NCBI GenBank assembly: GCA_965285935.1
Contig: OZ260664.1
Span: 25,420,001-25,484,000, forward strand
Reading direction: 5' to 3'
Length of the DNA stretch: 64,000 nt
Source of the DNA: Ophelia neglecta
Lineage: Eukaryota
Made by a program: the position numbers and the translations under genes. Positions 12,683 to 26,006 of the stretch are shown here, in pieces. The stretch's first letter is position 1, and each line of letters opens with the position of its first letter. Under the pieces are notes generated by a model. That model did not search any database. It saw nothing but the letters and a program-made list of their open reading frames with translations, and was not told the DNA's origin.

Positions 12683-13728
12683 TCTAAGCTGATTGACCAA
12701 AGCATTTTCTCGACTTATACCATTGATATTATCTGTAATAATTTTTTTCTTGAGGGCTATTCTATTGAACCAGTAGGGGTGCTATGTCATTTTTCCATGA
12801 TATTAGGTCTTCTTGCAGATTTGGAAAATCCAGTAAAATAAGAAAAATGATCAAGTAACAAGTACAATTTAGGACACTCATTTTGGTACAAATATCAGGA
12901 ACATTCAGGGCATTTCAATACTTTAATTTATAAACAGAAACTCCACAAAACATTAAATTATTCAAACATAAATGCAAGTAATTCACAATTGTTCATAGGG
13001 AGTTTTAATTATTTCTTATCAATGTATTCATTATGAGCATGCTTCATTTATTCAAGATTGTTTCGTAGGAAGCTGAATTCAATCCCTTCAGGTGAAATTA
13101 CAGCTAGATAATTGTGTTTTGTCTGATGTGATTTGTTTCAAAGCACTTTTCTGCATCAAATGGCTGACTGGTGCATTAGAAAAAAGCTCGCAGATAATGT
13201 TCAAGAAGGTAAGGGAATATGAAAATATCATATCAAGGACTTACTTACAGGAGACACTGTTTCACATTTCAACCTTTCACCAGTGTTCCCTGTATTAAGC
13301 TCAAAAAAAGACACCTAAACTGCCTTACAAAGTAACAGGACAAGATATTTCATTATTCAACTGCTCAACCCTAAAATAAATGTTGATAGCTATAGATAAA
13401 ACTCACTATCAGAATGATTCTCATGTCATGGGCTGTCTTTTGGAATATCACTTGTATATTTTCATAGAGTTGGTTGAAAAATTTATGTGGTGAAATCCTG
13501 AGTAATTTGTTAACACTCCAGGAGCCAGGGCCTGTATTCTAGAATCAGTTGCTAATTTCCTATTAATTTCATTTAAAATGTTAAGAAATTTGTCTCCCAT
13601 TTGAGAATACCAGGCCTGCAATTAATATAAGAGTAACCAACCCTCCAGGGAGATGCTGGTAAAAGGGTTAATATTTCAGTTAAGCCAGGGAGAGTGTTAA
13701 GAAAGGAATAATATTGGTGGAACATGAG

Positions 13729-14348
13729 CACACTAGGGGAGACGTTCCGTGAGAAAAAGGTAATTGTCTACTTTAGGTCCAGGTAATTGTGTACTTGCTC
13801 TGGGTAATTGTTAACTTTGAGAGGGAATGTTAACCAAATGGTTTAAAAACCAGGCTAATACAGATAATATATTTTTATTTTGCGTCATTTATTACAACAA
13901 CATACCAACAACACAAGGGTATTGTCTAAATATTAGCCAAAACTTTCCCTAAACAATAAAATAATGTTTGTTTCAGTCAGAATTAGGCATTATGTTGTTT
14001 GAATGTTCATCTCACATATGGGATCTGCTAATAAATATATAATTTAAATAATAATGGCAATAAATAAGATTTAAAGGTAGGACAACCATTATATGTTGAT
14101 TTTGCACACACCTGGAAGTCTATATGTGCTATACATTCATTCATGGATCATTTGGCAAAAGTTTTAGATAATATTTAGGTTTTCTAAAGTATTTAAAGTT
14201 GACACTTACCAGATTCTTACAATGCTGAGTAGGATCAGTTGACAATCACCCGGAGCAATATACAGTTACCCCTATGTAGCAAGTACACAATTACCCGGAT
14301 CTAAAGAAGACAATTACCTTTTTCTTACGGAACTACTCCCCTACCGTG
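13729..14348. mobile_element. Transib-like non-autonomous element, 620 bp
   Basis: Imperfect TIRs of about 70-85 bp, CACACTAGGGGAGACGTTCCGTGAGAAAAAGGTAATTGTC... versus CACGGTAGGGGAGTAGTTCCGTAAGAAAAAGGTAATTGTC.... 5-bp TSD ATGAG (13724-13728, 14349-14353). Confidence 0.75.
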
Positions 14349-15422
14349 ATGAGTGCTGTCTTCAGACAGAAGTAATTATAGCTGGTAGTAGTGCAAAACT
14401 ACATACTAGATTCTGTACTGGTACACTCCTAAAGGTTGAGGGTGTCTCTTAGAACGAATGACCATCAAGCCACTACTCACCAATGTTGTCCGACAGCTGG
14501 GTATACTTGTAAATCTGTGTTCTGCATATTATTATGGAACAGCATAGGTTTTAAAAGGCATAACAGCTAACATAAATGAAGCTAGCATTTTCACACTGTA
14601 TTTGTGGTAAAGATTTGCAAGATTTAATGCAAGATAGATAGATGGATAGATGTAGAAAGTGTTGTTACACATTTGGTTTCTTATAAAGTGAATGGTTCAC
14701 ACGGGGAAGGTCCTTGCCATAATTGTACAGATTGGAGACCCTATAATACTGTAATACCACCAATAATATATGTAGTCAGCTGCAAAATTAATCACCCTTA
14801 ATGATTACTGTTCATATAATCTAAAATGTGGTGTCCCAGGTCACCATGATGAACAGGTTGTCGTCCTGTAATTTTCTACAGACACTTTCAGAGTATTTCA
14901 ACATGACACAGTAGTATAGCCTTAATTAAGTTGTTTTTACAGCATGACCTGCCGGTGACCCGACCTACAACATTTAGGGTCATATTTAAGCTTTAAAGAT
15001 TTGCTCCTTATCATTTAAAAGTTAACTGAGGGTCATAACAACCAAATTGAAACCTCAGTTATAATTTCTTTTTATTTCAGTAGTTTGCAATACCATCAAA
15101 CAATGTAAAATGCAAATGTAAATTGTGTTAAAATGATCAAAGTGTGAAGTGACTGTGATTTAGCATGGACATAATTTATTTGCGTATATAATTGTATAAA
15201 GTGATTGATATTGACTATGTGATCTTGGAGACTTTGTTGTATGTTAACCGTAAGGCCTAAGGAGGATGTGGTAAATTGGCAGACAAAATAACAGACTGAC
15301 CTTTCCTTCAGGCACTCTAGAGGCGGAGTTGGCGTCTGACATTTCACTATGCAGGGTAGTTATAGTATTTCATAGTATTGCTGACATACCAAAGTTATTG
15401 TACCCTGTGTACAGCCTCTAAA

Positions 15423-15592
15423 CACTGATGGGAACTGTGTACTAAAAAATGTTAGGGAGCTCTTTTATTCAATGATAAGAATGACGTCATTTGGTGCCTT
15501 TCAGATGAGCGACTTCAGATGTCAGATAAATCATTCCTATCTCGATGACTTAAGAGCTCCTACAACTTTTTTAGTATGAGCTCCTGTCAGTG
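15423..15592. mobile_element. MITE with CACTGA termini (Chapaev3/EnSpm-like), 170 bp
   Basis: About 40-bp imperfect TIRs CACTGA..TACTAAAAAA..GGAGCTCTT; AAA on both flanks (possible 3-bp TSD). Confidence 0.65.
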
Positions 15593-17014
15593 AAAGTGTG
15601 TGATCTTCTTAATGTTTGCAACAAACTGAAATATGCAATGCCTTTTATGGTTCAGAGCAAAAATTGTTTTTGAAAAGGTACTGATCATTCTAGATTTATT
15701 CCGCATTGCTATTTGAAAATAGAAGACTGTAGTTTGATGGCAACAAATTAGGCCAATAATCAAATCTGTTTTGGAAACTCTTCAGGAAATTAAGAGGTTA
15801 CCCTCATTTACTGTGCTGAATGGAATAAGTGTCTTTCATCCTCCAAAAATTTGATGATATATTGGCTACTGGTACTTTGAATATGCTTTCAGTGAAGTAT
15901 TATGCATTCAGCAGGTGGATCTTGTTTTTGTTTTCTTGCAAAAGCACTTACTAATGATTTAAAATGTGCTACAAGGCAGTTCTGTGATATTTCAACACAA
16001 TTTATGTAGCTTTTCTACTTTGAAATAAAAATGCACACTTTCTGTCAATTCAGTTTGTCAAAATTTAATATTTATACATTCATACATATCAGAGTAAATC
16101 ACATTAACAAAACATTCAAAAGCATATCATCAATTATTTGTCCACTTACTGGGAAAATACTTTGAATTAAAGCAAAGTATTTTTTACAAGTCAATTAATT
16201 TATAAAGCATATGTGCCTGTCAGGGGTGAGCTGATTGTATAATTGATATGATATATTACGATATATGATATAAATTCCTATGTAATCTCAAATTTGACAC
16301 CAATAATGATATTATGAATATATTAGTTTACAGTGGCCTAAGTATTGCACATGGCTGACACGAATTCTAGTTATTAACTTCATTATTTCATGATTCTGCC
16401 CCACACCTTTTCCAGAGGAAAATTCGGGGAATATATATTGGGCCCAAGTTGAAAGAAATCAACTAATCAGGGATGAGAATTTTCTGTGGATTCGTAGACA
16501 TCCAAGTTTCTGCCCCCCTTTGAACCCCCACCAGCACGCCCCTGGCATGCCCCTGCCTGCCCTGGCAGAGACTTTTTCAAAGTTTCCCATTCTCATTCCC
16601 GACAAATTCAGTCACCATAATAGGCCCAACTGATGGGATTATGGCTATGGGGCGATGGTGTTTCATAAAATATAATGGGGTGCCGTACCATTTAGGGAAA
16701 CCTGGGTTACTGGATTTCAGTCCATGAACATGATGCCCAAACTTGAAATACACACAACCTTCGGAGCGTTTTTGAGACTATCAAAAACATTAAATATGGA
16801 TAGTGCATGAATGTATGATCCCCTCATATATTTCTCCTAATAGATTACATAACAACCATAGAATTCATACCTGATACTTATTTTCTAACTGGGTTTTACA
16901 CCTTGCCTGATAATAATAATAATAATATTATTTTATTCCTCCACTTTCTGGAGAGAGAACATAAATATGAATATACACAAGTATGGAATAGACCATGCAA
17001 ACAGCAGAAAAGCG

Positions 17015-17120
17015 CAATACAGCAATACAGTAATACACAAATACAAGTTCAATACAGTAATACAGTAATACACAAATACAAGTTCAATACAGCAATACAG
17101 TAATACACAAATACAAGTTT
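17015..17120. repeat. Short minisatellite downstream of the TCP11-like stop codon
   Basis: Three copies of (CAATACAG)-type units plus TAATACACAAATACAAGTT. Confidence 0.8.
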
Positions 17121-17243
17121 ACAATTAGAATTTGATATAAGTATTTAAATTTTGTAATTTACTCAAATCATTCCTACTTGGAAAAAAAGACTAGTATAAA
17201 ATGGACTGGATGCTTCTTTTAAACAACCAAATGTCACTTAATG

Positions 17244-20200
17244 TTAAATAGATTCTGAGGCAGTTTGTTCAAGTTCTTTCATTATGGTAGATATCATATC
17301 TCCATAATGATGGCCAAATACAGCCCCATTGTGTGATATGATCCTCATGAATTTTCCACACATCCTGCTCAGGTCTTCAGACACTGCTGAAAATCCCGCT
17401 GGCACCTGCATTTTATCTGGTTTAGCACTGGATATAAGTGTGAAAACAAACTCCAAAAGTCGTTTATCTGTGGAGGATAAATAATGTATTGAATTATAAT
17501 TTCATTTTCAATAAACAAATAACAAAATGACAATAATGCACATGAAGCAAAAACCGAACTGCCTGAAAAATTATACCAATTACGTACGTAGAAACATTTC
17601 AATTTGAGTATGAAAATGAAAACTTACGCATTAATTTTCTCACTGGATGATCATCAGAAGCAAGGGCTTGGAGCTGGCCTTTTAACAATTCTTGTTGAGA
17701 TTCAGAAAATTCAGGGAAGCCATGATCAGCCATACACTGTATGATATCTTTGTTAATCTGCTCACTGACATTGACCATGGCTGCGTCAAGCTGGCTGCAA
17801 TCAAAACAGAAGGTCATAACTGTAATGGTCTACTGTCACATAGTGTCAAATTGTCCATGGCAGATAAACAATGCTTAGATCTTATTCCCTGTTGTATTAA
17901 GTGGGCCCGAGTTCCATGTTTCCAGTGTCAAAAGAAGACAGTTCTGTTACCAGTTTACCTCTATCTCTCATGGATACTGTTTCAGAGAGAGTAAACTATC
18001 TACCTACTGGTTCTTTAAACACTTTTAAGTTTGCCCTATATTAGTTTCAAACGGGGATATGACATTCAAATATATCCAGACCATAGTTGTGCCCTGCTAA
18101 ATCAACTGTGAGTGTAAGAAGTTAGTGTGGATTTAATGAATTTTAAATAGAGGTTGCTTGAAAGAAATGTGATGGTTATTTGTCTAGCAGGAGACCAACA
18201 ATATACTGGACCACTCTTGGCTGTAAAAATTATTATTGAATAACAGTGAGAAGACGTTCAGAAGCTCTGCTAATTTGATATGAGAAAGGCATACTCCCAC
18301 AAAGCAGTTTCATATATAAAATTTACCCTTTAAGTATGTCCGCTAATATCACAGCAATATGGTCTTTGAAGTTCTCTTTTAGGCCAGCGATTCCAGCTAT
18401 CGGGCCACCGACCGTGCTGTATGTCACTAGTAGTATAGATGCCACCAGACTCAGCCATCTCGTTCTATCTTGTAACTCCATACATCTTCCTTGATCCATA
18501 ACCAAACTCTGTAATTTCAGTTATCATAAAATAAAGTTATGTGTAATGTGTAAGCTGGGCATATTTAAGTTTTCATTGCATATATTTGTAGCAGTAGATG
18601 CAGTCAAAATATATAATACTGTGTGAAATTAAATTTACTTGTAAAAAAAAATGACAATATATTATCGGACATGTACCTTTAAAATCTTAAATGAAATGGA
18701 GGCTCCGGTTGTAAATGAATCACCACAATATATTTTCTTCCCAAAATTCAATAAATTGGAACTTGATTTCAAATATAAGTGAACAATGCAAGTGAAATTG
18801 GCAATGTTAACAAAAATTCCATGGCCATAAAATATCAACATTTTTGGTACTCCAAACATCTAGTATGGCAATAGGCATGTTTTTTGCTAGTACATACTTC
18901 AGGGTAGATGATGTTGCTATCCCACTGGAGCAGTTCCAGGTAGGCCGTGTTAAGAACAGCGGCCGGGGTAACTGGAGAGGTTGACGCAGGTTCTGAAGAC
19001 ATCCCAGCCAGGACAGCCTGGTCTGCTGCTTGGGACTGGGCTTTCTGGTACAGCTTCTCTGCATTCCGTCTTAACCAAGATCTTGTGAATTCTAGGCCAT
19101 CAACATTATTATCTAAAAGAAACAATCAGATTCTACATACACTTGAACTGCACAAGTTTTTCCTTTTGAATTGGCGAGCGGGGAAGATGTGGGGGTTGAG
19201 AGTGCCTGCTGGAACTTATTTTATTTTTTGCTATTCTATACTGGAAGCCCTACTCTAATATGCTAAGCTTGTGTTAAAGAGGTATATAGCATGTATGTAA
19301 GTTGGGTTATGATGACTGCTATATTTGCATCCAAAGTTCATTTTTAACTTTTGAATAAAGAAAAGCTGACCTTGTTGTTGTTTCAGGAAATCATTGAACT
19401 TCTTTCTTTCATATTCTACAGACTGTTGTTGAATGTATGGCTTCATTTGTTGAAGGGTAAAATTTGCCATATCAAACTTCATAAGATCAAGTATGGCATA
19501 TATTTCTCTGAAAAATTCAAATTGTGTTTTTAAATTGATTAAATTTTGAGGTTTCATGCTGGAAAATAATAATGTAAAATGGCTGACAAGGTTTTGAGGA
19601 TTAACAACTGGTTAAACACACAACACATTGTGTTAAATACATCTGTACGGCGACACATGTACAGCTTCCACTGACTATTCATTGGGGCCTACATGTACAT
19701 GTAAGTGGGGACAAAAGTTATTTTTTGAGCACACATTAAAGCAATAACTATAGAAGTGCTCTCTTCCAAATTAAAGTTGTTTTATACATGTGACATCTTT
19801 TTGTTAATTTTCTATTATAATCTAAACAATTTTATTTTCTTCCCTAAGTCCAATGACAGGGGGTCATCATAATATATAATTAAATGCAGATGATGGCCTA
19901 CATACTAGTATATTGGATATACCCTAAAATATAAAAATGCAATAATACATTTTGCACCACAAGCACTAAGAATGCAGTCTGAAATTATGTTTATTTACTG
20001 GGGATATTTCGTATGGTCAATCCATATTATGTTTGTCATACAATGTTACCAATACCCATTTTTAGCACAAAGTGAAATTTCTATAGTTTGCTATAAAAAA
20101 ACTGAGAATAACTACTATCTAAAACCGTTACATTAATCATAAATTCTGCTGTTAATGGTGTTTGATATTAAAGCTTACTGATATAAAGGGACAATTTCCT

Positions 20201-21663
20201 TAATTTCCTTGAGCTTGGCGACCTGCTCATCTCTGGCCGGAGCACATAATTTCGACATAACAGAGATAACAAAAGCAGCATAATTGTGAAAGTCAAGAGT
20301 TCCATGATCAGCTTGTTGTTTAATCAGTTCAATGTCCAATCCTTCTGCAATATGTGCCTTAAAGTTCTTCTGGTGGGGCAGTAAGAGGGCCAATAGGTTC
20401 TGAAAAGACAGGAAGATGTACCTGTAACTTTCATGATCCACCTGTGATTCAAATCTTATACTGAATATTCCTAATACGATGTGAAAACTCACCTCTCGCA
20501 CTTCTTCTAATAGAACCATGGCATGTGACAAGTCTGGAGGATCCTCATTCAGTTTTTCCTGCAGTGCATCCCAAAAAGCCTTTTGCATAATTTCCTTAAT
20601 TTGTTTTTCAATACTGAAAAAGCAATTACTTGCTATTTATATGAAGTCAACCATGTTATAGAATAAATCCCTTGACAGGTGGTTAATTCTTAATCAAAAT
20701 ATAAATCCAAGTGTTAATGGTTTTAATTACAGGTTTATGATGAAAGAAATTTGCAACACCTCTATCTAAATGTTATCTATAAACTTCTATAAACTCGTTT
20801 TGGTGCAGTCATTATGCCTGTTATAAGATCATTTTCTCCATCAAAATTCCAGAACATTTATACTGGGCATTACACAAATGACTGTCTGAGGCAAAAAGCA
20901 ATGGAATTTGAGCAAGTGAATTTAAGATTTATTTGCATTGTGTCGTATTTCAGTACAACCAAGATATTATGTTTTTGGCAAGCACTTTTTAAAGTTTTGT
21001 CAATCCCTGATGTAATAATAAGTTTAACCTACACTACTGGTTCCTCTTTCTGTAGTTTGAAGTTATCTTCAACAACAATTTCATGTGCAAGCTTCATATT
21101 AGAAACTCCACTTGCTGCTTTCATAATTTCCTCAAATGAGACAAATTTTGGTGGTGATGCTAAAACAGAAATAAAATATATTCAGTAATTAGTTCATTAA
21201 TATTTGATATTTTAGGGGAATGAATTCCTGCAAAAAATTCTTACAAAAAAAGACTATGCACTTATTAGCAACCAGATGGTTATATATCAAAGGTGATCAA
21301 TATTCTTAGAATAAGTGCAAAGATTTGGGTAATTTCTTGTGTTTTCAAAAAGGGTAGAATACAAATATTGCAGAACAAAAAAAAAGACTGATCAAATGGA
21401 TGCCACAATACACACTAATATCACCAGAATTGCATATTTACAGTTACCGGTACTTTTCAATTTTTTTTCAAGTAAGAAAAACTCTAACCTGCCACTAGAA
21501 ATGAATTAGGATTTTGATTCCCATTTCTTGGAGAGGCTGCTGGGCTGTCCTGTGGTGTTGTTTCATTTCTTGCTCTTTTATCTCTTGGGGACTCATTGGG
21601 TGAATCTCTGCCAGTGTCTTTGTCATAATTTCCTGACTTGTTTTTATCTTCCCCAGATGCCAT
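17244..21663 (-). CDS. TCP11L1: T-complex protein 11-like (TCP11/TCP11L1/L2 family), about 522 aa, 9 coding exons
   Basis: Minus-strand exons 21663-21489, 21159-21033, 20613-20493, 20399-20179, 19507-19371, 19112-18898, 18508-18327, 17794-17628, 17467-17244, all phase-consistent. Motifs SPPKFVSFEEIM..NMKLAHEIVV, MQKAFWDAL, LCAPARDE, MKFDMANF..YERKKF and HNGAVFGHHY match the Tcp11 domain. Confidence 0.92.
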
Positions 21664-24290
21664 CTTCTTTTTACAAATAGTAGTTCTGAAAGGAATAACA
21701 TGTTTTCGTTTGTACCATGTAAGTCAATGAAGCAGACGGACAGTAAACAACATAAGAACACCTAAATAGTTATTTCTTGAAAACACAATAAAAAAAATAC
21801 ATCTGGAAAAACAGCAATATACAGCACAAGTACATGCAACGCCATGGAGGCACCTTACAACGCACGGGTCAGCCTCAAAATAAAATGTTTTCGGTACTGT
21901 GCTTGAGTGTTGGAATCAAACAGACATTTAATACACATACATATATACGCTTGTATATTCTCATTGTGATTTTATTTTTCAGACACTATTTTGCTTTACT
22001 TTCACAACAAAATGTGTCCACCACCTATACTACTAGGTATTCATGGATTAGTGGACCCACCGGGCCAGTAGTTAGTGGAATTTACTGGCCCCTGTATAGG
22101 TTGGTCATTGGAGCAGTCGGGCTTACGTCACCACTGCTTATTTGTGACTACTTCACTAGGTGAAAACACCACAGGCTCAGCACTAGTTACATGCTAAATT
22201 CGGCATTTTCAACGCTCGATTGTCAATTAACTATCTGATATAAAGAGGGAATGTTATGGGATTCTGATTCTTTATGATAAAACGAACATGACAGATGAAA
22301 ACCTATATGATTTTGGTCGAGTTTAAAGCTTACAGGGCAATTCTTATTTGACTCTTTTAACATAGAAAATATAGCAACTTGACGGCAACTTCACCGAGCA
22401 CTGGACAACGGAGTGACGGCCACGCGTGTTTGTGATTGGCTGAGCACCATTCCCGACTGCAAGAATGGCAAGCCAACTGTGCATGACAGCCCAGACATGA
22501 TGCACCAGCCAAGGGAAATTTAAACTGTGTCTGATCATCAAAATGAGGTGTCTAAATTCCTGAGCCTTGAACTGGGGATGGGAGGGATTGAGGGTGGGGC
22601 CTTGGGGGTCAGGGGCTAGGTGGGGCACTTCAGAAGTTGGAAGCTTGGGTATGGGTGTGTTTGAAGGCAAGGTCCCCCAATCAAAGGTCAGTTTTTCCCA
22701 CATCTTTCTTAGTAAGATCTATAAAGTAATCATCTCCTCTAGTAAAGGGTCTGTTTACCCTGTTTTTATGACAAGTCACCCTAATTAAATGAAGGAAAAG
22801 ATATCTGAAAAGGTACCTGACAGCCGGCCCCCTCCCCCATGGACTCTCTAGCGAATACCTGTGCTCAAAGGAACTTATTTTTCCACGGCCCTTTGCTCAC
22901 ATAATAATCTAACATTGATCGCTCGAACTGTAAACAAAGACAAATTCCCCCTTCATTGGAAATGAAGTTTTTACCTTCTTCGAAGCGGTTTTCTAGCCCC
23001 TGTCGCGACTCCTAGGGAATGAGGTGTGTAACCGATCAGTTCCTTCCGTGAAAAGTTTTGGCCTTGAGCCTAATCCTGTTATTATTACCTGACTAATAGT
23101 GTGAGTAATATATATAAACAAAAATATATATTCTAGATGGATCAAGAAGAATCACAGGAAACCGGAAGTTTACAAATGTCCCAAGTGTAGCAGAAAAGTT
23201 TTTTCCCTGAAGATACCAACTATGTAGTTTATAGTAAAATCTTAAATAAAATGCAGTTAACTTTGTGTTCATCCTAAGTCTCATGCGAGCTCATATAAGG
23301 TTACAAATTATAGATACTCAAACGGTTTCATTTCGTAGAATATTTACTCTGCGACACTGTAGCTGCTGCCCGCTTGTTTTAAACTGCAATGGCTGCGGAC
23401 GTGATAAACACTCCTGAGCATGTACGCGTTCAAAAACGGTCGACGCCAAGCCAATCGTCAATGAAAACTTGTAAGTTTGAAGTTTGAATTACACAATTAT
23501 AACCATTGCAACATCACAAACAATTGGTATAGTTTTATTTCATTGGTTATGCTGGAATTAGCAGCATCAATATTGTGTTGATCAAATTTTCCAGTGTGTG
23601 TTGGTTGTATTCGTGACTGCACAGCAGTTTAGCCCTGTTGGTTAAATGTGTACAAATTGATGAAAGAAAACTAATCTGTATTAGATAAATGTTTTTATTC
23701 GTCAAATGTGTTACAAAATTTTATCACACTCCTCGACACAACATGTTTTCGCATACATCTTTTGGGACATAATGTTAAAATGAATTATGAATATGAAACA
23801 TTTTTTTATGATAAGGTTGCAGTTTGTAAAACATGATTACCACATTATAACTATATATATCTATGTGTATGCATCTGTGTATTTAATAGACCGTTAAATT
23901 CAAGAACATTGTAAAATATTTTTGCAATTGACGTGTTTCAAATATTTGACTGGTCATAGGTTGATGTTAAATTTTAAAGTGAGTTTACTGGAGCATGTCC
24001 AACTGGAGCAGGTGTTCTTGACAGTCATTTGTTGTCATTTGACTTGATTGTATCTAGTTCTATAGACAGCTTCAGCTTTATTTTGGTGACCTTTTTGACA
24101 TGTCTCAACTACTGGAACGCTGGCAGTTGCAGTATTGTCATTCTCAAGAAAGTTGTAAGCACTCACTGGGTTTCACAAATTTGCTAGTTGGGACTGGTCA
24201 GTAATTTGATGCAAATTAATACATCTAATTACAAAATTACATGATTTATAGAATTACAATTTAAAAAAAAGGTATTTTTGTCTTATCTGA

Positions 24291-25382
24291 CAGACATTGG
24301 GCAATTACTTTAAACCTGATTACAATAACAATTACTTTGAAAGTTGAAATTACGATTACACACATTGCCAGTACTTTGCGATTATGATTACAATTACGAT
24401 TACTTTTTAGTGTACTGTGACTCTCTGGTTCTTAAACATTTGTTTAAACGAGGTATTAAAGTCTGCACATCCTCCAAAAATAAACTAAAGATGTATAAGT
24501 TAATTGATTGGATAAATGTTTCAATTTTAATTCACATACTAATCTTAATTGATAGAAGTTATAACATATCTAATGAAGCCACAAACTTCTTTATATGAAG
24601 TAGCTTCTATCTGATTTAAATACCTGTTGAATTCACAAGCAGGGTTGGGAGAACCCTGCTGAGGGGATAAAGGGGTGAAATGGCAGAAAAGGGCGAAAAC
24701 TATAATTAGCTTATACTGGCTATTCAGCCGCCTAATGCATTATTTATATAGCATGATGCAAATGATTGTATGTTGAAACTGTCAGGTGTGATGTTTGTTA
24801 AGTAGGAACTGACAAGGGAACGGGCAAGGTGTGAAGGTGGGCCCAGACAGATTTATTATCTCATTCATTAATTGTGATGTATTGTAGATGGGTTTGGGTA
24901 ACAGTACAGACTCATAGTCAACAAAACTAACATATTAAGGCTTTAGAAGATTGCATTGTGGATAGCAGGATCTTGAATAAACAGTCGGGTCAACACCATG
25001 AATGGGACAGTCCTTCTCAAAGGAACATATTGGGTTAATGTACCTTTCAATCATTGTTTACTCAAAAATAGACCTTGATAATTTATTGATAATAATAGTG
25101 TAGCTTAGTAATAAAAACTGAAGGGTATTTCTCTCCTTTCCCCCAAAATTAAAGGGGAGAAAGTATTCCTGCACTATGGGTAAAAACCTACAGGGTAGCA
25201 ACTTGCCAGCCACGAATAAAAGTTGTTTACTTGTTCCAAGTAATCATTTCAAAAATATTACAATTACAATGGACCATAATTATGCTTACAATTACTTTAT
25301 TTCTGGTAATTATGATTATGATTACATCACCACATGTAATCAATTACATTTGGTTACAATGATAATGATTACCCCATGTCTG
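24291..25382. mobile_element. hAT-type non-autonomous element, 1092 bp
   Basis: TIRs CAGACATTGGGCAAT / ATTACCCCATGTCTG. Perfect 8-bp TSD TTATCTGA (24283-24290, 25383-25390). Subterminal (GATTAC/AATTAC)n repeats. Confidence 0.85.
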
Positions 25383-26006
25383 TTATCTGATATCAAATTA
25401 TATATACCCAGTACAATTGAAAGCATCCAAAGAACAGTGGACAATCTGTTTGGCTAGGCCAGTTGTCTTCAGACTTGCCAGGCAATTTCGTCATCTCACA
25501 ACTGTACTAATTATCATTGTATTTATATGCGATTATGACTCAAGTATAAGCTAATTATTTGTGCAAAAATTACCCATGTTCCCTAAAATTCTGGCTAATA
25601 ATAATATAGGCCCTTTCAAATTACCCCTCTTTGGTTCAGCATAATATAAGTACAAGAAAGGCCCGAAGGGCTACTGGTAATTGGATATCCAAGCCCACAA
25701 AGTACATGTACCCTCATTTCTTGTTTAATTGCCATATGATTGGCAAACACAATTGAAAACAGTGGTCTTACCTTGCTAGTGAGGGCCCTTCTTACTTTTG
25801 TAGCTACTTTTTGTAGATGTAGTTGAACTATACATTTTTTTGCTTGGTTTGTTTTTTGTGTGTCTTAAATATCAATTAGTCTTGCTCAATTGTCCCCTAC
25901 CATGCTTTCGACTGTTAACTGGTCCTTTTTAAAGAAATTTGGTACTATTTGATTATGTTCATGTTAGCTGGCTACTGTGCCTTGCTCAATTTTATATAAT
26001 ATTCAC

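Noticed and set aside
9648-13670. piggyBac-like ends at about 9650 and about 13660 enclosing NAAA exons 8-10
   Set aside because: The match is short and imperfect; these are more likely ends of unrelated decayed MITEs.
21027-21040. Apparent in-frame TAG (pseudogene or readthrough) in TCP11-like exon 2
   Set aside because: A GTAGGT donor at 21032 ends the exon in the required phase 2 and removes the stop.
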